Part shown: piece after piece, positions 54,597 to 63,112 of the stretch
How the letters are laid out: each line of letters begins with the position of its first letter
Position numbering within the stretch: the first letter of the stretch is position 1
Virus record (IMG/VR): IMGVR_UViG_3300033066_002431
Coordinates: 12,579 to 76,578 of that record
Origin: a virus
Taxonomy: Duplodnaviria; Caudoviricetes
Reading direction: 5' to 3' (one strand)
DNA length: 64,000 nucleotides
Notes under the pieces: generated by a model
What the model was told of the DNA's origin: nothing
What the model saw: the letters and a program-made list of their open reading frames with translations, nothing else
Database searches by the model: none
Made by a program: the position numbers and the translations under genes

Positions 54597-55245
54597 AGGT
54601 CCACAACGGGCACTTCTTGGCGTTCTGCCGGTGCCCTTGCTCTCCGCACTTCCCACACCTCTTCAGCGCCTTTGGCATGGGCGATCGGCGCTTGTCGACC
54701 GGCACCCGGCGTCCTCGCCGGCACGAGCTGCATGCGCGTCGCGGGTCCTTCTTCGGGGCTGGACGCTTCCCGCAGCGATAGCAGCGGCCGGCGGCGATCC
54801 GCTCTTCGGCCCGCTGCTTCTGCTTGTCGGCCATCACCTTGCGGCAGCCCTTGCAGCGCGTCTTCGTGAAGCACGGAGCAACACCGCAGTCGCGGCACAT
54901 GCCATCCGCGGCACGCCGCTCAACGGTGGCGTTCGTGCCGTACGAGGGTGCGGTCGTCCGCCTCTCCTCGCAGCCAGCGCACAGCCGGTCTCGCACGGTC
55001 GCAGGAACGAGCCCGCACCTCATGCATAGGCCCGCGGCCTTCCGCGCCAGCATGCGGCGGCGTTCCTGGCGGCTGTGCTTCTTCGTGCAGACGGCACAGA
55101 CCGTCTTGCCGGGCGACACCGGCCGCCGGAAGCACGACTGGCACTTCCATCGCTTCTTGGCGAGCTTGCGCTTCCGCTGCATGTACCCGCGGCGCTGGAC
55201 GCGACTCGCAGCGGTCCGCGGGTAGCTCTTCCGGCGACGCTTCAT
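54568..55245 (-). CDS. tandem Cys4 zinc-finger protein with Arg-rich N-terminus and C-terminal knuckle
   Basis: Four CxxC-x(9-13)-CxxC units plus CGKCGEQGHRQNAKKC; ATG overlaps the TGA of the cysH-like gene. Confidence 0.75.
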   Translation of the reverse strand: MKRRRKSYPRTAASRVQRRGYMQRKRKLAKKRWKCQSCFRRPVSPGKTVCAVCTKKHSRQERRRMLARKAAGLCMRCGLVPATVRDRLCAGCEERRTTAPSYGTNATVERRAADGMCRDCGVAPCFTKTRCKGCRKVMADKQKQRAEERIAAGRCYRCGKRPAPKKDPRRACSSCRRGRRVPVDKRRSPMPKALKRCGKCGEQGHRQNAKKCPLWTSTRRTAPPA

Positions 55246-56066
55246 GCGTAGCAGGCTGCGTCCGGGGCGAGGCCTCGCAAGACTTCGAAGAGGCTCGGGT
55301 AGTACCGCTTGAGCCATGCCGCTGCCCCCTTCGCCGCGTGCGCACCGGGGATCCACCACGACTTGCGGATGAGCCACGGCTTCTGGCGGTGCTCGGGAAG
55401 CCAGCCGCAACAGCGGTACACGTGGAGCGGCTCCACGTCGTGCGCTTGCAGGTAGGCGAACACGTCGATCCCCGTCCAGCCGGCCAGCGGCGCACAGCGC
55501 ACCTGACCGCTCTTGAGCTGGTAGGTGGCCCCCTTCGCGGTGAGGAGCCTCTCGCGCCGGCCGCTCTCCTCGGCGCGGAGCCCCCAGAGCATGAGGTCGC
55601 GCCCCTCGTTCGCGCGCTCCATCACGCCGTAGAAGCATGCCTTCGAGAGGCCGGCACTCCGGCTGTGCATGTCCTCGCCCGCGGAGAGGGCACCACGGCG
55701 CTCCAGAAGCCACGCGAGCGGCGACGTCTCCGGCCGGAGGATCTCAAGGTCGACGGCGAAGCGGGACGCGAGGTCGCGCACGTAGGCTTCCTCGCCGGGG
55801 TAGTCGAGATCGTCCTTCTCCGAGATGGTGTGGACGTTCGCTTGGAGCTCGACGCGCACGAGATGGACGAGCGCCGTCGAGTCCTTCCCACCGGACCACG
55901 ACAGGACCGGCGTTGCCGCGTTGCCGAGCGCACGGCCGACGATCCGCTTCGCCGTGTCGACGGCTCGACGGTGCGAGAGGGACCGCGCGTGCATGGCAAA
56001 GGTGATGCGCCAGCGGTCCCACACGCGGACGTCTTCGGGGGAGAGAACGGGCTCGACGTGTTCCAT
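55242..56066 (-). CDS. cysH: CysH-like PAPS-reductase-family protein (type IV-B-associated style)
   Basis: VLSWSGGKDSTAL, LWGLRAEESGRR, CAPLAGWTGIDVFAYL. Confidence 0.8.
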   Translation of the reverse strand: MEHVEPVLSPEDVRVWDRWRITFAMHARSLSHRRAVDTAKRIVGRALGNAATPVLSWSGGKDSTALVHLVRVELQANVHTISEKDDLDYPGEEAYVRDLASRFAVDLEILRPETSPLAWLLERRGALSAGEDMHSRSAGLSKACFYGVMERANEGRDLMLWGLRAEESGRRERLLTAKGATYQLKSGQVRCAPLAGWTGIDVFAYLQAHDVEPLHVYRCCGWLPEHRQKPWLIRKSWWIPGAHAAKGAAAWLKRYYPSLFEVLRGLAPDAACYA

Positions 56067-57157
56067 CAGAACAGGGTGCGCCAACGCGCGAACCTGTCGA
56101 CGGGCTTCGTCTTCGACCTGGGGACGGGGATGCTGTTCTCGTAGTCGTTCACGAGGAGCTGCTTGCACTGCGCGTGATGCACGGGCTCCGTCGCCGGCTG
56201 GCCTGCAAAGCGCTTCTCGAAGCGGGCTCGCTTCTTCGCGTCGATCGGCATCGTCGCGAGAAGATGCTCTCGGTACGCGAGCCACGTCGCGAACCCGGTA
56301 GGGAGCTTCTGCACGTCGTAGAGGTGCGCGCCCTGCGCATGGTGGGCGGCGCAGTGGACGCCCTTCAACCGCTTCACCAGACGCGCGTACGTGTCGGGCT
56401 CCAGAGCGGCGAGGTCGGGGAGGCACCTGAAGCTCATCTCGTGAATCAGGTTGCTCACCCGGTTGTCGTTGTAGACGCCGCCGTTCATGGCCCAGCGGAG
56501 ATCGTAGATCCGGTTGTACGGCGCGCGCGTGTCGGCGACGAACCGCCAGACGTCGCCCATCCCCCAGTCATAGAGCGGGTACGCCTTGAAGCTCGTCGCG
56601 TTGCCAGTGCGCGAGGTCCACGGCACGCCATCGACGCCGGCGTTCTTCACCACCGCGCGGAAGCGGTTGATGCCTTCCTCCGCGCGCAGGCCCACCAAGA
56701 AGGTGGTGTCCGGCGTCTTCTCTTCGAGCCACTCGAAGAAGGGGTAGAAGCGGGCGGGGTAGTCGCCGTCGATGTAGTGGATCGAGCCTGGCTCCTTCTC
56801 GCGCATCCACGGCTCGCCCGGCCCCCACGCGTAGAGATGGTCTTCCGCGTAGCTCGTCGCGTTCGTCATGCGGATCGGCACCTGATACCAGGCGGGGATC
56901 ACGGCCGGGTGCGCCATCATCGTGCGCATGAGGGCGATGGTCCCCTCGTACTCCGCTTCCTGATCCAGGAAGAAGAGCGTCACCTTGCGGCCCCGTCGCC
57001 CGGCTTCGTCCACGGCAAGGTGGAAGAGCACTGTGCTGTCCTTGCCGCCCGAGACCGACACGTTCACGCGCTCGAATCGGTCGAACACCCATGCGACTCG
57101 GGCGCGGGCGGCGTCGAGCACGCTCTCCGGCAGGTACGTCTTGACGATCTGCCTCAC
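56066..57157 (-). CDS. ibrA: IbrA-like PAPS-reductase-family protein
   Basis: VSVSGGKDSTVL, FFLDQEAEYEGT, GLRAEEGINR, YPLYDWGMGDVW. Confidence 0.8.
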   Translation of the reverse strand: MRQIVKTYLPESVLDAARARVAWVFDRFERVNVSVSGGKDSTVLFHLAVDEAGRRGRKVTLFFLDQEAEYEGTIALMRTMMAHPAVIPAWYQVPIRMTNATSYAEDHLYAWGPGEPWMREKEPGSIHYIDGDYPARFYPFFEWLEEKTPDTTFLVGLRAEEGINRFRAVVKNAGVDGVPWTSRTGNATSFKAYPLYDWGMGDVWRFVADTRAPYNRIYDLRWAMNGGVYNDNRVSNLIHEMSFRCLPDLAALEPDTYARLVKRLKGVHCAAHHAQGAHLYDVQKLPTGFATWLAYREHLLATMPIDAKKRARFEKRFAGQPATEPVHHAQCKQLLVNDYENSIPVPRSKTKPVDRFARWRTLF

Positions 57158-58062
57158 GGTTCCCCCGCCTTGCTCTGGTGTCTCAGGTAGGCGTCGAGCA
57201 GCCGGTTCGTGTGCGTCACGAGGCTGTCGACCTCAAGAGAGAGCCATTCGTCGAACGGGAGGTCCGTGCGCACGAAGCGGTGTTCCGCCCGGCCGTAGAG
57301 GTGCCGCATGTCGTGGGGGATGGTGCGCCCCGGGTAGCGCTCAGTGATCCACCGCGCGAGCTTCGTCTTCACGCTGGTGATGCTCTTCTCGCTCGCGAAG
57401 AGGCCGTCGCGGAACGCCGCGTACTCCGCATGGTGTTCGGCGCTCACGAGGAGCATCTTCGCGAAGAACGTCGGGAGGCCTCGGATCTGCCGGTCGACGA
57501 TCGCGCCCTTCCACGTGAGGCTGGCGATGCGCTCGGCGTCGCACGGGTTCTGCGGGAGACCGCCGTCCAGCCAGCGATCGTAGTCTTGCTCGATCGCGTA
57601 GCTGTGGTGGTAGCCGAGCAAGCTCCGATCGAAGAACGCGAATGGGAAGTAGACGCGCCACGGTGCGACCTCGTAGGGCAGCACGTCGACCACGATGCGC
57701 TTCCGCGCGGCCTTCCGACGCATGTACCCCCGGCGCACGTCGAGCCTGTTGCCGATGGTGCGGCGCTGGTCTGCGAGGATGATCGCCAGGCTGTCGGACG
57801 GGAGCGCGGCGACGGAGGCCACATTCGCGGGCGTCCCGTACGTCTCCCACGGCGACACGCTCACGATGAGGTTGTGGGCGCGCGCGAGACGCTCGATCGC
57901 GTCGGTCGTCTGCACGTGCGTCGCCGCGTTCGGGACGTAGAGCACGTGCGAGATGCTCGGGTCCGCCCGGAAGTAGGCGTCGAGCGTCTCGAAGGTGAAC
58001 GTCGGCCGCTGCGTGAAGATGGCGAAGCCGGAGCCCGCGAGCATGCGATCCACGCGGGTCAC
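57154..58062 (-). CDS. hypothetical protein between ibrB and ibrA
   Basis: GTG at 58062 overlaps the ibrB TGA; 302 aa; IVVDVLPYEVAPWRVYFPF. Confidence 0.7.
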   Translation of the reverse strand: MTRVDRMLAGSGFAIFTQRPTFTFETLDAYFRADPSISHVLYVPNAATHVQTTDAIERLARAHNLIVSVSPWETYGTPANVASVAALPSDSLAIILADQRRTIGNRLDVRRGYMRRKAARKRIVVDVLPYEVAPWRVYFPFAFFDRSLLGYHHSYAIEQDYDRWLDGGLPQNPCDAERIASLTWKGAIVDRQIRGLPTFFAKMLLVSAEHHAEYAAFRDGLFASEKSITSVKTKLARWITERYPGRTIPHDMRHLYGRAEHRFVRTDLPFDEWLSLEVDSLVTHTNRLLDAYLRHQSKAGEP

Positions 58063-58763
58063 TTCGTCGACCCCTTCTCGAACGACCACGCGCGCCCATA
58101 GCTGCCGCTCGCGAGGTTCTGCGCAGCCCCGCCAAGCTGGCGCATGCGAATCAGTTCTTCATCGGACTTCACCAGCCCGACACCCACGTGCTCGTCGGTC
58201 CATCCGGCCTTGTCCAGCGCGGCGACGATGGCGACCTCGCGCTCGACGCTGTGCGTGCCGCGCGCCTGGTTGTGGAGCACCGTCGCCGACATCTGGTCCG
58301 CTTCGCTCATGGTCCCCTGCAAGAGCGAGAACGGCAGGTAGCCGTGGACGCGCGCGGAGACCTCGGGATCCGACCCGCAGACGACGTGCCGGTGGAAGCC
58401 GTCCGTGATGCGCACGGGACCGGCTTCAAGCCGCGCGCCGACGATGGGCATCGTGATCCCGTAGGTCTTCATGCTGTGCGCGAGCGACACCATCTCGGGC
58501 GGCGGCACGGCGTTCGGGTTCCAGGTGTTCGGCTCGCTCTCGGCGCGAGGGATCCAGAGGACGCAGTCGACGGGCTCGCTCGCGAACGGAGAGACCGCGT
58601 GGAGCGCCGTGCGCGCGCGGTTGAGGGCTTCCACCTTGGCGGCGAGGCCGAGTCCATCGATGGCCCGCACAAGCTCGTCGATCGCCCCTTCTACGCGGGC
58701 TTCCGCCTCGGACCGGAGCGGCCCCCTGTCCCGGTCAAACAAGCTCGTCTGCGCGGGCTTCAT
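58059..58763 (-). CDS. ibrB: IbrB-like ParB/Srx protein
   Basis: SPFASEPVDCVLW...NTWNPNAVPPPEM...MPIV...ITDGFHR. Confidence 0.85.
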   Translation of the reverse strand: MKPAQTSLFDRDRGPLRSEAEARVEGAIDELVRAIDGLGLAAKVEALNRARTALHAVSPFASEPVDCVLWIPRAESEPNTWNPNAVPPPEMVSLAHSMKTYGITMPIVGARLEAGPVRITDGFHRHVVCGSDPEVSARVHGYLPFSLLQGTMSEADQMSATVLHNQARGTHSVEREVAIVAALDKAGWTDEHVGVGLVKSDEELIRMRQLGGAAQNLASGSYGRAWSFEKGSTK

Positions 58764-59119
58764 GTTGCCCACCGGACCCACGTCCAGCCGCCCTTGCTCG
58801 CGCGCAGTTTCACGAAGCCTGCGGCCACGTGTGCCTTCTCGCTACCGACGTTGCCGTGGTGGATGTACGCGACGCAGTGAAGGCCCTTCGCGTGCTCCTC
58901 GTAGGCGGCGCGCGTGAGGCCCCGGCCGCGGTACGCCGGCAGCACGAAGATCGGTCCGAGCCGGTAGCCGTGCGGGGTGTCGTGCGGGTGGCAGAAGCCG
59001 ACCACGCGCCCCTCGCAGACGATGGGGCGCCGGAGGTGCGCGTCCTTCCCGCGCAGGTGGATGTGCGGTTCCTTGCGGGCCGCTGCGACGACGTCGTCCG
59101 GGATCTCAAGGTCCATCAC
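58760..59119 (-). CDS. GNAT acetyltransferase
   Basis: LGPIFVLPAYRGRGL (acetyl-CoA motif A) and NVGS...AAGF. Confidence 0.8.
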   Translation of the reverse strand: MMDLEIPDDVVAAARKEPHIHLRGKDAHLRRPIVCEGRVVGFCHPHDTPHGYRLGPIFVLPAYRGRGLTRAAYEEHAKGLHCVAYIHHGNVGSEKAHVAAGFVKLRASKGGWTWVRWAT

Positions 59120-59739
59120 GACACCTCACCGAAGGTGTGCCGGTAGCTCTCCGACTGCCGAGCGCCACGGTGCCCGGGGAGCGTGGACGGCCCCGGGCGG
59201 TGCTGCACGAGCGAGGGGAGGCGCACGTACACCTTCGCGCCCTTGCTCGACAGGTAGCCGCCGAGGAGCAGATCGGCCGCGCGGTTGTGCTGGGGGTGCC
59301 GCGCGTACCAGCCCGGGGCGTAGGCCTCGACTCCGGCAGCAAGCTCGCTCCGGATGATGAACCCCTGCGACATGGAGAAGCTGCTCGGCGCGAGCGACCG
59401 ATGCGCGTACCCGTTCCGCAGCATCTCGAGGTCGCGGCGAGCGCGCGAGAACAGCGTCACCACGTCGGCGCCATCGGGGACGTTCAGCGCGCGGGTGCCG
59501 AAGCCTGGACAGAGGACCACGTCGTCTTCGAGCTGGAGAACCCACGGCCGACCCACCTTCGCGGCGTCTGCGAGCGCGCGGGGGAAGTCGACCCGTGCGG
59601 GCGTCCCCTCTTCGTGAGCGCAGATCAGCAGCACGGCGCCGGGGCACTCGCTCTTGATCTGGGTCATGAGCGCTTCCACGAACGCCGCTCGGCGGGGAAG
59701 CATCGCGGGGATGGTGATCGTGACGTCGTTCCACTTCAT
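59116..59739 (-). CDS. GT-A fold glycosyltransferase
   Basis: WVLQLEDDVVLC (xDD motif), QGFII, ADLLLG, PSLVQH. Confidence 0.75.
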   Translation of the reverse strand: MKWNDVTITIPAMLPRRAAFVEALMTQIKSECPGAVLLICAHEEGTPARVDFPRALADAAKVGRPWVLQLEDDVVLCPGFGTRALNVPDGADVVTLFSRARRDLEMLRNGYAHRSLAPSSFSMSQGFIIRSELAAGVEAYAPGWYARHPQHNRAADLLLGGYLSSKGAKVYVRLPSLVQHRPGPSTLPGHRGARQSESYRHTFGEVS

Positions 59740-60041
59740 GAGAACCTCTTCCGCAGCGTGGCCACGCCCTCTGCGAGCGCCACGTCCGGATCCCTCTTGA
59801 TCTGCTTCAGAAACGCGGGTCGCACGAGCGCTTCCCACGCGCGCGTGATGGTGGCTTCGTCCTCCCCGAGGCTCGAAAGCTCCTTGGCGAGACGGAGCGC
59901 CGCGTGCCAATCCTCGGCAGCGACGGCGGCACGCACTTTCTCCAGCTTCGAGTCGGGCTGACCAGGGGCCTTCGCGGTGATGGGAGTAGGCTTCGACGGT
60001 CGGGGCTTGCCGAAGAGGGGCCGACGGTCGCGACGAGCCAT
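59736..60041 (-). CDS. hypothetical protein with a basic N-terminus
   Basis: 101 aa; stop overlaps the GT start (ATGA). Confidence 0.6.
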   Translation of the reverse strand: MARRDRRPLFGKPRPSKPTPITAKAPGQPDSKLEKVRAAVAAEDWHAALRLAKELSSLGEDEATITRAWEALVRPAFLKQIKRDPDVALAEGVATLRKRFS

Positions 60042-60043
60042 GG

Positions 60044-60880
60044 TCAGGTGGCAACGTCGGTCAAGGTCGACAGGTACCACCTGCGCCAGTCGGTACCGAC
60101 GCAGTGCTGATATTTCGAGAGGAAGTCGCGAGCTTTCTCCGGAGTTTCCCCGTAGCGCTCGACGAGCTTCGCCCACGACGCTTCCACGACCGGACGCGGC
60201 GCATACAGCACGGTGCGGTCGTCATCGTAGTCGTGGGCGTGCATCACGTACACGACCTCGCCGGAGACAGCGCGGCGCTCGTCCACCCGGACGTAGTGCG
60301 AGGCGCCCTCCGTCCACGTCGCGACGGTGACGCTCGGTGCCGTCGCCAGCACGCTGGAATCGAAACTGTCGGTTCGAACAAGCCCCGTGGTGAGCTGCTC
60401 GACCTTCGCCTTCTCGGCCTCGATCGCCGCCTTCGCGGCTTCCTTTGCGGCTCGCGCGTCATCCTGCTTGGCCTGCTCGGCAGCTTCTTCCGCTTCGAGC
60501 TTCGCTGTCTCCTCGGCGGTCGCCAAGCGGCATCCGAGGTGGGCGTGCCAGCCGCCGCCCCGCATGTCGCCCATGTCTTCGTTGTCCTCTTCGCTCTGGT
60601 AGGACGCTCGCTGCGTCAGCACGGTCGCCACCTTCCCTTTGTTCGGGCCGCTGGCGATGCGGAAGGTGCGTCCCACCTCGGAGTCGGTGCCCGGCTTGCC
60701 GTAGCCGCGAAAGTCAAGCGAGACGCTGAACTCCACGCCCTGCGCAGCCGCGAGCCGCTTCTCCGGGCACTTCACGTGCTTCGATCCGGTGGCCTTGCTC
60801 CACTCGATCTGTGCTCCCGCGGGAAAGGAACCCCCGCACGCTTTGCACTGCTCGGGAAACTTCGAGGTAATCACGGCCAT
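60044..60880 (-). CDS. protein with an N-terminal zinc finger (paralog of 52357..52617), probably leaderless
   Basis: MAVITSKFPEQCKAC...GAQIEW...HVKC; ATG 6 nt from the -10 box. Confidence 0.7.
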   Translation of the reverse strand: MAVITSKFPEQCKACGGSFPAGAQIEWSKATGSKHVKCPEKRLAAAQGVEFSVSLDFRGYGKPGTDSEVGRTFRIASGPNKGKVATVLTQRASYQSEEDNEDMGDMRGGGWHAHLGCRLATAEETAKLEAEEAAEQAKQDDARAAKEAAKAAIEAEKAKVEQLTTGLVRTDSFDSSVLATAPSVTVATWTEGASHYVRVDERRAVSGEVVYVMHAHDYDDDRTVLYAPRPVVEASWAKLVERYGETPEKARDFLSKYQHCVGTDWRRWYLSTLTDVAT

Positions 60881-60886
60881 GCGCGT

Positions 60887-60915
60887 TTGATAAGACAACT
60901 CGCGCGCTATGTCAA
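60887..60915 (-). promoter_or_regulatory. promoter TTGACA-N17-TATCAA
   Basis: The -35 box overlaps the TGA of csf3. Confidence 0.75.
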
Positions 60916-61646
60916 GCGACCGTGCCGAGCGCGACGCGAGGAACCGCGCACACGCAGACGTTCTTGTTGGCCCAGTACGGCGCGCGCGTGGCCTTCTCCC
61001 CGCAGATTGGATCGTTCAACTTCGGGCAGCCTTTGCCGAGGGGTAGCGAGCGCATGGGCTCGCCCTTCCACGCAAGCGAGCGCTCCTCCGGGTCCGGCAT
61101 GTACTCCACGCCGAGGATGGTCCCGAGGCCCGACGAGTAGCCACGTCCGATGGCGGTGGCGTCGCCGAGGAGATCCCGCACGAGAGCCGCGTCCCCTGCG
61201 AGGTGGAAGTCGAGCCACGGGGTGGTGAGCGCCTGCACGGGGATGTTCGTGCTCTTGAACGCTCCGCCCGCGATGGTGAGCCGCCCGCCGCTCATGGCTT
61301 CGAGACGTGCGCGCTTGCGTCGCCATCGGAGCGACTCGACGGCGATCGGGGGCGGCCACCCCCACGACGCGCACGCGATCGGCAGCCCCATGATCTCAAC
61401 GTCCGCGACGGGGATCGGGATCTCTGGGTTGAGGCCTCGGGGGCACTCGGCGAAGACGTCGTCGGAAAGGCGGCTCGTCTCGCGCTCCACGACGAGCCGC
61501 TGAAGCAGCCCGTCGATCTGGACGCCGTTGTCGCTCCACGCGACGGGCGAGGAGAACCACACGCGCACGGTGAAGCTCTTGCTCTTCGAGGCGCGCCATC
61601 GCTCCGCCCGCGCGAGCCACGCCGTGTTGTCGTCGAGCCAGCTCAC
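60912..61646 (-). CDS. csf3: Csf3 (Cas5-like) type IV subunit
   Basis: GTG at 61646; FTVRVWFSSPV...IDGLL, Gly-rich AIGRGYSSGLG, C-terminal RAPYW. Confidence 0.75.
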   Translation of the reverse strand: MSWLDDNTAWLARAERWRASKSKSFTVRVWFSSPVAWSDNGVQIDGLLQRLVVERETSRLSDDVFAECPRGLNPEIPIPVADVEIMGLPIACASWGWPPPIAVESLRWRRKRARLEAMSGGRLTIAGGAFKSTNIPVQALTTPWLDFHLAGDAALVRDLLGDATAIGRGYSSGLGTILGVEYMPDPEERSLAWKGEPMRSLPLGKGCPKLNDPICGEKATRAPYWANKNVCVCAVPRVALGTVA

Positions 61647-63112
61647 GCCGTCGCCTCGCGCGCCTTGCGGCCCTTCTTGGGCGCCGGCTCGGTGGTGCCG
61701 GCGAGCCACTCGAGGATCGGCTCCCGGTGCGTCGACAGGTAGTCGAGGTACTCCGCGCCGCTGGGGAGGGGCTCCGCCTTCTCGGCGGGCTTGTACCCGA
61801 GCGTGGAGACCTGGCCGTAGCCGCGGCTGGTCTGCGCGCCAAGCAGGCCCACGTCCGCGAAGTCTTCGAGCAAGTCGGCGAGGCAGCTCTGCGCGAGCGT
61901 GGAGACCGTCGACAGGCTCACCACGCTGAACGTGTGGAAGAGCCGTGCGCCGGGCTTGATGGCCTCCGTGTTCCAGATCATCTGCGCGCCGCCCTCGTCA
62001 GCCGAGAGGTCGCCGCCGGGAAGGTCCCGGTGCGCGTGACGCACGCCAAGCCGCAAGAGCGTCCAGTCGTCGGAGGGAAGGAGGCTCGCCGCGAAGTCCT
62101 CGTAGTCGAGCGGTCGGCCAAGCACGTCGGTGGGCTCCATCATCCGGTAGAGCTTCCACGCATTCTCTCGGCACAACAGCGTGCAGTCGTGGACGCGGAG
62201 CAGACCGCTCATGATCTGCTGTTCGATGCAGCCGCCGAGCAAGTCGATCGCGGGGATGGTGCTTCGCGCACGCATGCGGACGTCGAGCCGCGCGGTGGCT
62301 CCGTCGGCCCCCTTCTCGATGGTGCCGCCCGAGAACAGCTCTTGCGCGCGACGCTGCGAGAGGTCGGTCTCGGGCTTCACCTTCAACGCGCGGAGCATCC
62401 TGGCGAAGAAGAGGTCGCGCCACTGCCCCTTGATGGCGTTGCCCGTGTAGATCGGCACGAGCGCCTGCTCTCCGGTGAAGGGGTCGACCTGGGGTTGCCG
62501 GCGGAAGAGGCAGACGTTGCCTGCCTTCTCGTCGTGGCCGTGCGCGAGCGGAGAGACAACCTGGAACCACGCGCGGTGCTGCTTGGGGCTCTGCATGGCC
62601 TCGCCGGGGAGGACGCCCGTCCAGCGCGGGCCGTCGTGGTCGATGCTCTTCGGCAGGTAGGCGATGTCCTGTTCGCTCGGCGGCGTCTGCGCGAAGGTGA
62701 TGAAGAAGTCGCTGCCCTCGTTCACGACGATGCGCACGGCTTCGAGGCTCGTGTGCTGCGCGATGATGGCCCACGGCACGACGCGCTTGCCCTCGTGAAC
62801 GATGCCGGGAAGGTCGCCCGCGATCTCGTCGGGGATAAACGCCGCGACCGACCGAAAGTCGCGCGTCTCGCCATCGGCGATCTCGGCGCTGCCCGCGTTC
62901 AGCTCGATCTCGAAGCGCTTCGCGAGCGCCTGCACGAACGCCATGGTCGAGCGCGCGGCGATGGTGCCCGCGCGCAGGTAGTCGCTCATCTCGCTGGGGA
63001 GGTTGCGGTGACGAGCGGCACCGATCCGCCGCTTGTCGACGCGGCGGAACATGGCGCGGAGCAGATACGCGAAGCGCACGCGCGCCTCGTAGACTTCGGT
63101 CTTGGTGGCCAT
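61643..63112 (-). CDS. csf2: Csf2 (Cas7-like) with a fused N-terminal Cas11-like helical domain
   Basis: VVSPLAHG...LFRR...VPIYTGNAIKGQWRD...LFSGG...IDLLGG...GLLRV...CREN and GAQTSRGYG; about 165-aa helical N-terminus. Confidence 0.8.
   Translation of the reverse strand: MATKTEVYEARVRFAYLLRAMFRRVDKRRIGAARHRNLPSEMSDYLRAGTIAARSTMAFVQALAKRFEIELNAGSAEIADGETRDFRSVAAFIPDEIAGDLPGIVHEGKRVVPWAIIAQHTSLEAVRIVVNEGSDFFITFAQTPPSEQDIAYLPKSIDHDGPRWTGVLPGEAMQSPKQHRAWFQVVSPLAHGHDEKAGNVCLFRRQPQVDPFTGEQALVPIYTGNAIKGQWRDLFFARMLRALKVKPETDLSQRRAQELFSGGTIEKGADGATARLDVRMRARSTIPAIDLLGGCIEQQIMSGLLRVHDCTLLCRENAWKLYRMMEPTDVLGRPLDYEDFAASLLPSDDWTLLRLGVRHAHRDLPGGDLSADEGGAQMIWNTEAIKPGARLFHTFSVVSLSTVSTLAQSCLADLLEDFADVGLLGAQTSRGYGQVSTLGYKPAEKAEPLPSGAEYLDYLSTHREPILEWLAGTTEPAPKKGRKAREATA

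Noticed and set aside
55242-57157. Complete Dnd phosphorothioation system
   Set aside because: PAPS-reductase domains are present, but no DndA, DndD or DndE-like genes were recognised; the motifs fit CysH-like and IbrA better.
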